50,194 bases of DNA from Eledone cirrhosa (Eukaryota): positions 1-50,194 of the forward strand of contig CAXHJY010001760.1 of assembly GCA_964016885.1 (NCBI GenBank), in the 5' to 3' direction. Positions 1 to 12,198 of this stretch are shown here, piece after piece. The notes under the pieces are model-generated. The model was not told the origin of the DNA. It ran no database searches and saw nothing but the letters and a program-made list of their open reading frames with translations. A program made the position numbers and the translations under genes. Positions within the stretch are counted from its first letter, which is position 1. Each line of letters starts with the position of its first letter.

Positions 1-24
1 TGTGCTATTCAGTCTGATATGGCC

Positions 25-1368
25 TGTGTGTGTGTGTGTGTCTGTGTGTGTGTGTGTGTGTGTGTGTCTGTGTGTCTGTGTGTGTCTCTGTGTCTGTGTT
101 GAATAATTTAAAAGCAAAGTTATTGATTAAATTAAGTTATATATAACTTTAGGTAGGTTTCACTAACAATGGTACAAGTGATATACATACATATCCTTAT
201 CACCTCATATGTCTATCCTTCTACCTATTAATCTTTCTGTATGCGATATATAGATAGATAGATAGATAGATAGATACACATACAGATATACATGCAAATA
301 TATATACATTATAGACATAGATATATATATATATACAATATATATATACAATATATATATATATATACAATATATATATATATACTATATATATACTATA
401 TATACTATATATACTATATGCATATATGCATGTCGGAGGAGGGGGTGCATGTGTATATATATGGTTCTGCATGAGCAAGACATGGTCACCTGATCTCGAC
501 TTGCCTCAAATAGGACAACCTGTCTAACTCATGCTAGCATGAAAAATGGATGTTAAATGATGATAATGATGATGATATACATTCATAAATAGAAATATAT
601 ATTTATATACATATATTTATTTGCATAAATGTATACATGCATGTATACATATGTGCATACAAAGATCTATAGATACACATATACATACATGTATAGATAT
701 ATGTGTATATATATATGTATAGATACACATGTACATACATGTATAGATATATGTGTATAGTTATACAGGTGCATAAGTATATAGGTGTAGAGTTACATGT
801 GTATATACATTTCTGAATACAGGTGTATGTATATTTATAAACACATATACATACATATTTAGATCCAGGTAGTGATGCATACAATGCATATATGCAAATG
901 CATTGTGTAAAATATATACAGCTTATGAATATTCATCTTTATTAGAGCAAATATATACATATATAAACTATCTATGTGTATACATACACATATGAAAAAC
1001 AGATACACACACACAGACATAAATATAGTTGCATGAAATTATATACACGTGTATAAATACACACTCCACACACACTATATATATGCACACATACACTTTA
1101 TTTATATATATATATGCATACATACATTTTTATATACATATATATATATACATACATACATTTTTTATATACTTATATATATATGCATACATACATTTTT
1201 ATATACATATATATATATATGCATACATACATTTTTTATATACTTATATATATGCATACATACATTTTTATATACTTATATATATGCATACATACATTTT
1301 TATATACATATACATATATATATATATATATATATGCATATATACATTTTTTTATATACATGTATGTA

Positions 1369-1402
<34 letters not shown>

Positions 1403-1437
1403 TACATTCATTTTATATATATATATATATTATATAT
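25..1437. repeat. Microsatellite cluster: (TG)n, (GATA)n, (TA)n and a degenerate ATGCATACATACATTTTTATATAC minisatellite (~1080-1437)
   Basis: Directly visible low-complexity tracts; they explain the Y/I/H-rich ORFs. Confidence 0.9.
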
Positions 1438-1966
1438 AATTGTTTCTACTTTAGGCACAAGGCCAGCAATTACCCAGTACATTACTGGTACTTATGATAG
1501 ATATTAGGGCATTAGGTCTTTAGTTTCATAGCAAATCCAAGAAATACAGCCCTTTTTATTAATGCATATCTTTTCAACGTAGTATTAATGTATATTAAAA
1601 TTACTCGATAGTAACTATCATTTTCATCATCACTGGTGATGATAATAAAATAATAACAATTATTATTATTATTATTTTGTTTATTACTGTATTTTTATAT
1701 TTAGCATTTGTAATAATACCATTGTTGGCAATTATATAATTTCTAAGTAGATCTAAAGGTAGCGATGCTGACAATAATGATGATGATGATGATGATCGTG
1801 ATCAGTTCTAATTACTAATAAAGATTTCTGATAATTATTCTATATTTAAAATGTCAATTGTATTTAGAATTTTATGCCTAGTGGACACATTCTATTGAAG
1901 ATTTGGGGTGCGAAAATAACCATTTCCATATTCCTGCCAGAAGGATGCGAAAATAATGGCACCAAC

Positions 1967-2086
1967 CTTTCCAGATTCCCTTTCGAAGTTAACAAATTCT
2001 GTTGTTGCTATTCTATCTTCTGGTTTGTCTGACCAAGATTTGGCAGCAAAACTGAGTGAAAAGGTAGTTCCTGTTGCGACGAAAGC
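1967..2086 (-). CDS. CBFB: Core-binding factor subunit beta, coding exon 3 (gene continues left of the window)
   Basis: TTTCAG acceptor; 120 nt encoding AFVATGTTFSLSFAAKSWSDKPEDRIATTEFVNFERESGK; GTTGGT donor at the position where vertebrate exon 3 ends (...EREAGK). The next exon was not found in 1-1966. Confidence 0.95.
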
Positions 2087-2474
2087 CTGAAACAATTGTG
2101 AAATTATTTGTAAATATAAATATCATCAACAATAAACATATTCCAATATATAATCTATGTATAAAGTGTATTGACACACAAGGGTATGAGATTTCTTCAA
2201 ACTTAATTTTGACAATTTCTCAAAAAAAACAACAAAAAAAATGGGAGGTAACGGCGAAAATAGAAATATTATTTTCCCACGGTACTAATAATAAGATTTT
2301 AATTTAGAATTTAAATATAACGTTTTATAAAATGAATAGCATTTAAATACGATAAAGTATAATTAATATATAAAGTCTAAATATATCCTAAGCTATTACA
2401 ATCCTTAAAAAGTGGGAGTGTAGACTAGATATTTAAATATTACTACGATCGCTGACAATATTACTTTTACTTAC

Positions 2475-2561
2475 TATATCAGCATGTCCTTCACGACATT
2501 CTGTTTGAAATCGAAGCTGTCGTTCTTCTTCGGGTTTATCACGGAATCCTGTATATTTAAT
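2475..2561 (-). CDS. CBFB: Core-binding factor subunit beta, coding exon 2
   Basis: TTTTTAG acceptor; 87 nt encoding IKYTGFRDKPEEERQLRFQTECREGHADI; GTAAGT donor; phase 0/0. Confidence 0.97.
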
Positions 2562-2697
2562 CTAAAAATATAAGGAAAATGAAATGATAGTAAGCGATCA
2601 ACTTAATTGAGTATCGGCATTTAAACTACGCAACTAGGTTCAATGAAAGGTGAAAAGAAAATTACTTCCGGGTAAATAAATACTATAAGAAACTTAC

Positions 2698-2775
2698 CTC
2701 GCTTTCGTGACTAAGTTTCCGAAACAAATCATCCTGTTCGAATTTATCTCTTTGATCAGGAACAACTTTTGGCAT
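2698..2775 (-). CDS. CBFB: Core-binding factor subunit beta, coding exon 1
   Basis: Translates MPKVVPDQRDKFEQDDLFRKLSHESE (78 nt), matching the CBFB/Brother N-terminus MPRVVPDQRSKFE...FRKLSRE.E. Followed by a GTAAGT donor. Confidence 0.97.
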
Positions 2776-3931
<1,156 letters not shown>

Positions 3932-5097
3932 TGAAAATCTATTTCAATTTTCTACACTTTACCCTTTAGATTTTTATATATTTCAATTTTTACTTTAAAA
4001 CTATCGAAAACATTTATTAATCTGTTGTTAGAATATATCAATTTACTGTTATATACAGTTATCTCGGGGACTATTAATTATAATGCATTCATCCACCCTT
4101 AAAACAACATTGACCCTGTGAAACTTTCTTTCATTCTATTTTCTTGTTTCAGTTTTCATTGTTTAACCTCGCATTGTTTATATAATTATAATTCTTACTA
4201 TTTGTACATATATATATAATTGGTAATATTATTGTTAAAATTTGGTTATATCATTGTTTATAATTTGGCTTCGTCACAGTAAGATTGATTGATGTTAAAA
4301 TGAGTTCCTTTAATGTAAACATTGTTTATTTAATCCATCGTTAAAAATAAGTTGTTTTGTAATGAAATCAGCTTAATTTAATTAAATTGTCTTTGGTTTA
4401 TTTATCGTCTCCTTCATCGAATTGATCTAATCTAATTAAATGTCACAAAAAACATTTATGTTGACATCATTGGAGTAGTCCTAGTTAGTTTATTTACATA
4501 ATGCCTGAACCATGCTGTTATGCTGATAAGAATAAAGTGTCACCAGTGATAATAATAAACTAAATGGATCACCGCCAGTTGAGACGATGAGTATTCCAAG
4601 TAAATCGTTCAATTGAAATGTCTATTCATTGAATTGTTGTGTAAGTGATTGTGTCAGACATAATGTACCCTTATCGTAATAATTCTTGGGCAGAATCGGT
4701 GCAATGTGACAAGACTGTTTTTTTTTAATTACTGGTATACACGGTCCATAAGACGGTTTTCTGTAATGTTCTGCCTGCCCAGTCTCACTCACAAAACTGG
4801 AGTCGATTTGACGCTATGGTAAACGATGCTACGAACTGTGATTGAACCCGAGACCTATGTTTACGAAGAGGACTTCAGGACCACACGCCCTACAAGTACC
4901 ACACACACACAGACACCCAATAAAACACACACACGATGCCCCTTGTCTTTCTCAAGTGTAACTTCTTAGTTACACTGTAAAATTGAAAGTTCGTCTAAAT
5001 GAAAACAAGCAGAGTAGTTGTTTTGATTTGAATCCTCGTGACTGGTGGCTTACACATAAATATAAGACTCTCTAGAATTCGTAGAAAGAAGAAACAG

Positions 5098-5570
5098 CTA
5101 TATTATTATATCTTCCTCTACACTATATTATATATATATATATATATCTTACTCTACATAAATTATTATTATATCTTCCTCTACACTATATTATATATAT
5201 ATATATCTTACTCTACATATATTATTATTATATCTTCCTCTACACTATATTATATATATCTTACTCTACACTATATTATATATCTTCCTCTACACTATAT
5301 TATTATTATATCTTCCTCTAACTATATTATATATATCTTACTCTACATATATTATTATTATATCTTCCTCTACACTATATTATATATATCTTCCTCTACA
5401 CTATATTATTATTATATCTTCCTCTACACTATGTTATATATATCTTCCGCTATACTATATTATATTTATTATTATATCTTCCTCTACACTATGTTATATA
5501 ATATCTTCCTCTACACTATATTATATATATATCTTACTCTACACTATATTATTATATATATCTTCCATCT
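5098..5570. repeat. Degenerate minisatellite with core TATTATTATATCTTCCTCTACAC
   Basis: More than a dozen variable-length units visible. Confidence 0.9.
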
Positions 5571-6255
5571 ATTCTATTTATGTTAAAGTAAAATACTGTT
5601 TAGATTAGTGTCTTTTGAGGAAGAAAAAATATTTCTCAATTGTTACATAACAAACACTCTTAAAAGCTATTATTATCGTTTCGACTCTGTTATAACCAAA
5701 CACCTCCGCTGTTTGTTTGAATCTATTAATTACCATTAATTAATAGACTCTATCAGAAGTATGTTGTTCCGTTCTTACCTTATTGATATAATGTATGTCT
5801 GTTATTTCCTTTTTATGACGGATTACGGAAGTTACATAGTCATGTTATCTTATTTAGTACAAGTCATTGAAGCTGTTATTAGGTTCAGTAGTGGTCAGTT
5901 TTTCACATTAGTCAATAAATAAGTGGTCAGCCTAGATGTTTAGATGGACTTTATAGTAAGGTTTAGCTTCACTCTTGTCTCACTCCTCTCTCTAAGCAAT
6001 GACACATTTTATTTCGTCTTATGATGTCACTAACAGTTATTTTCATTTCACCTGGGCTCATCATTATTATTGCTTTATTCACGAACACACAGACACACAC
6101 ACATACATGTGTGTGTGTGTATAATATCATATTATAATGTTATTCGGAAAGTGTTTTAATAAATAAATCTATTTTGGATGTTTTTGTTTTCTTTATTATA
6201 TTTATGGAAGCATAAATAATAATGGTTTCTGATTTAGGCACATGGCCAAACATGA

Positions 6256-6448
6256 ATAATAATAATTTCTACTATAGGCACAAGGCCAGCAATTTTGGGG
6301 GCGGGAGAAAGTCGATTAAATCGAACCCCAGTGCATTACTGGTGCTTTATTTTATCGGCGGGATTGAACTTAGAACGTAAATGGACGTAACTCTATGCCG
6401 CGAAGCCTGTTGTCCGACGCTCTACCGATTCTGACAATTCACCGCCCT
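6256..6448 (-). mobile_element. tRNA-derived SINE family B copy
   Basis: Reverse complement of the GGCGG..ATTG.CAG.ATCGGTAGAGCGTCGGAC...GTTC.AATCC...CTGGCCTTGTGCC..AGTAGAAA(TTA)n family found many times in the window; internal deletion. Confidence 0.8.
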
Positions 6449-7056
6449 ATGATAATAATAATTGTGAATAAATGATTGATGCTTGTCACGTTGTTTTTTT
6501 AATGTTTGTATTGAAGAAACTAATAAATTGTCAATTGACAGATCCTTATATGTTGTATACTGGATATAAACTAATAGATATAGATTGAATAAAGGTAATA
6601 TGACCAACAGAGAACTCGTGATTCCTAGCTTTATATCACTGAAGTTTACTGTGTTTCTTTACCTTGCAATTTATATCATCCCAGCTCTGTAAAATTGACC
6701 CTAGGCATTTCCTGCGATAGACTAGCGCCTTATCCAGGAGGAGAGTTATTTAATTTGCCTACTTCACACAAACGACATCCATAAAGGGATTAACTTACAA
6801 ACAGGTCATGTACAATATACATGTTTGTGGGTGTACGGCAATCTCTGTGATGTACAGAGGGATATATATATGCAGAAGTTATATTTAATTTGTTGGGATT
6901 CAACGGTTGTTTTTTCAATTTTTTCGGACATTCATTTGCATACTCACACAGAACTTTGAATTACCCTCAATAAAAAATGTTTCCACTATCCAGCGAATCT
7001 TCAACTGTCAATGTTGTTTTTCTAAGAGTATGTCAACATTTATAAAACAAATTTTG

Positions 7057-7121
7057 TATTTTATCTGATGAAAGCGCACCAAAACTGCCTTAGTTGCCCT
7101 TGAAATATATATAATAAAATA
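7057..7121 (+). ncRNA. Type-I hammerhead ribozyme, family 1 (Penelope/retrozyme-like)
   Basis: UAUUUUAU-CUGAUGA-AAGCGCA...UGCCCUU-GAAA-UAUAUA-UA/AUAAAAUA. Perfect 8-bp stem I, 6-bp stem II with a C.C mismatch, palindromic stem III. Predicted cleavage after 7113. Lies in a ~240-bp repeat (6920-7165) also present at 33010-33245. Confidence 0.8.
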
Positions 7122-7193
7122 ATTATGGTTTTATAAATATAGTTTCCATTTATTAATATATTGTATATATATATGTGTGTGTGTCTGTCTGTA

Positions 7194-7227
<34 letters not shown>

Positions 7228-9061
7228 ACATGACCTGCTTTGCGACTACGAAAACGAAAATAAACTTCTTCTGGTGCGGAAACATGTCCCAACCTAACAT
7301 AAAGGATTGCCCTGTTTGTAAATAAATATCATGACAGAAAATTCCCATTCAATTTGTTTTGAAGAAAACTGCACATCTTTCTCTGTCTTTTATTTATATA
7401 ATTTTAAAATATATCAAAGCAGCAAATTGGCAGAGTCGCTAGAAGATCATATAGAATACTTTACAATATTTCTTCCGACTCCTTGTGCTCTGATTTCAAA
7501 TCCCACCGAAGTCAACTTTGCTTTTCATCTTTTCGAGGTCGATAAAAAGATATCGGTCCAGTTCTGGAGTCTTTCTCACTTCCTCTCTATCTCCTACTCT
7601 GGAAGAAATTGGCTGTGTTCTGACCTAGTGAGGGATGGGCACCACCAGGTTTATAAAACCCAAGACATGATATATGTTGCTACGACACCCCTACGACTTC
7701 ATCAAGAGTTACACATTCATACATACAAAGGAATGGATTTAGTAACCATAGCAAGCTTTATTTTGTTTAATGCATCGACGATTGCATTTTCTTCTCTTTC
7801 ATTATTTTGTACTTATCTATTGTTTTTCAAAAAAGTCAATATAAGATGTTCCTTTCTTTCAGGTTGGGGTGGCTTATAAAAAATTCTATCATTTTCATAT
7901 CTTGACATATTTTAGGACAAGTATATGATTTACATACATATATGTACGTAACCTTCTCTCACTTATTTCTGCGAGGGTCATGGGAGCAGTGTCCTCAGAC
8001 AAGGGGATCCTATCAGAAGCAACCATCTCCAGATGATCCAACTAGATCCCCAAGCTAGATCAACCAAAGTTATCAATGTTATCCAACCATCTTGCTCATC
8101 ATTTACCTCTGTGTATCCTGTCAGTTGGATTTGTCTATAAAAGAACAGATAACAGTCGGGAAAGATCCATACAGGTTAGGGTGCATTGTGTAAAGTGAGT
8201 GAGGGTAAGATGGTGGTTGGTCTATCACTGAAAACACAAATGATCTGGTCAACTATTCCCAACAGATAGATGTACTGAAGTAATACAATATAAAATATTC
8301 TACTCAGAAACACAACACAAATATAACAGATTTATATTCATAAACTAAAAGTTGTGTGATATAATATTGTTAAACAATCTGTTTTGGTTCCTTTTTATGT
8401 ATGTATAAGTTATAAAATCTTCTTTTAATTTTCTAGCTACTTATGATGTACATTTTGTGGATAATTATACGTTTGAATTGTATGTACCCATAACTCCTGA
8501 TAGAGTCATAAGGGAGGGTACCATGTTGACATATGGTGTTTCTTGGCCATTTTAAACTTGGCAGAGCCCTTCCCTTAGGTCTGAACATAGCCAATTTCTT
8601 CCAATGAAGGAAAGAGTGATAAAGAGGAAATGAGAAAGAGATAGTGAGGAAAAATTGACCCCAGTACAAGACTGGTACTTTTTTCTTGACCTCAAAATGA
8701 TGGAAGACAAAGTTAACGTAGAGAGCCAAAGTGAATACTGCAAATCATTGTATCTGACATACTAATGACTCTGCCAATTTGTCACCATATATACGTTTGA
8801 TTTTAGAAACCTTTTAAAAAGAAGTCTAAGACACACACTGTTTGCAATGTATAACTACTGCCAAATCCTGCCTTAATTAGCACACTGCTTTATAACATAG
8901 GCATGAAGCCAGACATTGGTGTGTGGGTGTGGAGGGGGAAGGGCAATTTAATTGATCCCAGTACATGACTGGTACTTAATTTTATCAACCCCAAAAAGTG
9001 GAGTTTTAAATCAGAAAATAAAGCGCAGGAACAAATACCACCAGGGATTTTTTTCTACATG

Positions 9062-9091
<30 letters not shown>

Positions 9092-9092
<1 letters not shown>

Positions 9093-9697
9093 TGGTGGCT
9101 GCCAACTCGTTTTCGAGTACGGCCACTACTTTATATCCATGTAGGAGAACCCCTGCTGATGCGCTGAACGAGTGTGACTTTTAAGTCCAGCCAGCGACTT
9201 GAAAACTCTGGTACAAACACTACACTTGTGACAATTATTGACGCATAGTGCTGGGCCCATGGTACCATGTGATGACAAGTGCAGAGAGATCTCCAGATAC
9301 AAAGCAATGCCTGTGCCGTGAAGCTTTTATAGTGAGCAAAGGCACTGCACAAAGCCAGTCCCACTCTCTTAACCAAGATGATATTTACCAAAAAGAAGAA
9401 CAAGTCAGCATCATTGGATACCATCAGGGTTGCAGGTGTTATATCAGAGTTTTCCTTCTCCTAGAATTCTGCCTTGACAAAGGCTAAGGGGTCATCTCTC
9501 CCGGTGATTTTGGATGGTCATTGACTCTTAAGAGTTCCTTTGCCCTTTGACAGGTTTTGTTTTTAGTCCTGCAGGATGTCCAAAGTCACCCTCCTCACCA
9601 AGAAACCTTGGTGGGGTTGCCAGTTTAGTCGCCAACGACCCGACCATAAGACAGGTTGTACTGGGATACATGTTACCAGTAGCACCAACTGGTGACC
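9092..9697 (-). mobile_element. GC-richer non-coding element resembling an RTE-clade 5' UTR, with an HDV-like ribozyme candidate at its 5' end
   Basis: Sharp-edged block between (TA)n tracts. The minus strand carries AGGCAG..TTCTAGGAGAAGGAAAACTCTGAT, which I recall as an RTE 5' UTR motif. No RT-coding sequence. Confidence 0.5.
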
Positions 9698-11177
9698 TGA
9701 CATATATATATTACATGCATACATACAGGCATATATTACATTCTTACAGTATAAATATATACATTACATGCATACATATGTATGTATATAATTATATAGA
9801 CTATATGTCTATATAAAGAACTGAGCAAAATCTACATATAAATACTGATGGACAATTGGAAATATAAACTGAAGCTTTTGTCTTTTATATTGTTCCAAGC
9901 AATCTACTTCTAGTTTATGTTAATATTGTATGCAAATATGTCTTCAAAATTTTACAAAACTAGGTGTCCCCCTCCCCACTGGCTGTTCACCACAACCCCC
10001 TTCTACAGATCTCTACCTCATTAACTCTAACCCTTGAAATAAACTATAAGCATGACATAAGTTATCTCCCTTTTACTCTCAACTTAAAAAATGGGGTTGC
10101 TTCTTCTTTTCACTCCTACATATATATGTGACAGACAGAGAAATAGGTCTTCTTTGATAATATAGATTGTTACATATAATTTCAAACTTTGTTTTATTCT
10201 GAATAGCAGAATTACCTGCAATTATCTGTGGTGTGTTTAAACTAGTTGTTTGTTGAAATATTTCATGTGTCCAGTTGTGTTCTGACAACTAGAATGTTAT
10301 TTTAAAACTTTGGTAAATATTTTCTTTGTTTAGTGATTTAGCAAACATTTTGTTTAGTTCCAAACAATTTTTTCTTTGTCTTTTAGTAGAAAATGCATCT
10401 ACGAATATGTAAAACTGTTGTTTTCTTTTCTATTTCATCAATATTCTCTCTCTCTCTGTTAACTAATAAGAATTTGTTGGAATGGTTCTTTCAGCTTCCT
10501 TCACTATTGTCCCTAATACCATATATACTCGAATTTAAGCTGAGGAATATGTAACCAAAACATCGATGGTAAAATTGGGGTGGGGTTGGCTTATATTAAT
10601 ATATATGACAAATGCATAAATACCATACACTCCCTTTATTCATTCATATAATGATATTCAAATTTATTCCAATACATCTTAATACATTACCTAATTGATA
10701 GTTTAAAGTATTTTAATCTTTGTCAGGTGAAGCATTGAGTCACAAATGACTTCTAGTGATCATGTGAATGAATCATCTTCACTATCTAAACTATAATAAA
10801 GGAAGGTTTGCGGGACTGCGTACGATTTATCTTTTTTTATCCCGTTAGTAAAATAACTTGGATTACTTTGAATAAATAATAAATGAATATTACATAATTT
10901 TCGTAAAAATAAATAATTTAAAATTGACTTCTTTTCAAAGTTGCACTTCCGGTATATTGTTGCTATCACTGCCACTTCAACTACCATATATATAGAAAGA
11001 GAGAGTGTGTGATGTCAACACTTCTGGTGGCGATCACTTAAATAAACATACTAATTTTCTGTCACTAATTTTCTCCTAATGCAGTTTATATATAATATCA
11101 TCTTTTTTTGATGTATCATGGATTACATTACTGATTACATAAGACAGTGTAACAACGTCTTCGTTCAATTTCTGTTT

Positions 11178-11520
11178 GGAGGCACATGGCTTAGTGGTTA
11201 GAGCATTGGCCTTGCAATCGAAAGGTTGTGAGTTCAATTCTCAGACCGGGTGATGTGTTGTTTCCTTGAGCAAGACACTTTATTTCACATTGCTCCAGTT
11301 TACTCAGCTGTAGAAATGAGATGATAGGGACTGGGGTCCATATCATAACATTGCAAAGTGGTCGTGGAGGTGCCACGGCAAAAAAGCATCTAGCACTTAC
11401 TGTAAATGAGGTTGGTGTTAGGAAGGGCATCCAGCTGTAGAAATCAAGCCAGCATCAGTTCCCGTCCCACCCTTGCAAGCAGGGAAAAAGCGGACGTAAA
11501 ATGAAATGATGATGAAATGA
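11178..11520 (+). mobile_element. CORE-SINE family A, full-length copy with RTE-derived tail
   Basis: A box TGGCTTAGTGG and B box GAGTTCAATTC; MIR-like CORE (CCTTGAGCAAGACACTT...CAGTTTACTCAGCTGTAGAAATGAG); 3' part matches the RTE 3' UTR at 23570-23730; (ATGAA/ATG)n tail. Confidence 0.9.
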
Positions 11521-11603
11521 TTGTCAATTACGATTTTATTTGATGTATCATATCTACATGTATATATACTTGCGTATAATATCAATATACACACTACACA
11601 TGC

Positions 11604-11879
11604 TAGCAGAAAACCACTCGAAGGGTGGTTTTTCTGCTATGGTGTACTCATATGTAGAGATACTATAAAATAGCTTATAAAATAGGGTGAAGACCCTTAA
11701 AACGGAAAAAGAAGTTGCTATCAGTTGCTCTCAGGAATTGAACCTTGTATCTCTCAGCTACCGGATATGAGGTTCAATTCCTCATAACAGCCGATGACAA
11801 CTTCTTTTTCTGTCTTTTAAGGCTCTTCATCATATTTTATACGATATTTCATAGTATCTCTACACATGAGCACATCATA
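11604..11879. repeat. Fold-back element: ~14-bp hairpin (11604-11639) joined to a ~240-bp imperfect palindrome (11638-11879)
   Basis: Arms TATGGTGTACTCATATGTAGAGATACTAT...AGGAATTGAACCTTGTATC and GATATGAGGTTCAATTCCT...ATAGTATCTCTACACATGAGCACATCATA, with a 12-nt loop. Confidence 0.85.
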
Positions 11880-12198
11880 CTTTATATTAATTCTATATAA
11901 TACTTTATAACTAATTATATTAGTTGTAGAGTAAAGAAGTATAATATATTGAAGAAAAACCCAATACAGTTGCTATGGTTGACCATAATATCATTTGAAA
12001 GTTCTTAAAAAAAAGTACAATACACATTTGGTGTGTATGCCAAGATACACTTATCCATACACAACTCAGATGGAAAGATAGAAAACAGTAACTCCATGTT
12101 GTGTATAGTTTATAAGTTTAAAGTTACAAATATGTGAAAAGAAAAAATGTAAAAATTGTCCACTATATGTCGTAATAGAAACCAATATTCTCAACTGC

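Noticed and set aside
221-1507. Y/I/H/C-rich ORFs (also 5038-5586, 39962-40469, 41182-41711)
   Set aside because: Translations of TA/CA microsatellites.
1892-1966. Read-through extension of CBFB exon 3 in the ORF track
   Set aside because: Homology stops at ...ESGK, where a GT donor matches the conserved intron position.
11178-11250. tRNA genes at SINE heads
   Set aside because: A and B boxes are present but there is no complete cloverleaf; they continue into multi-copy SINE bodies.
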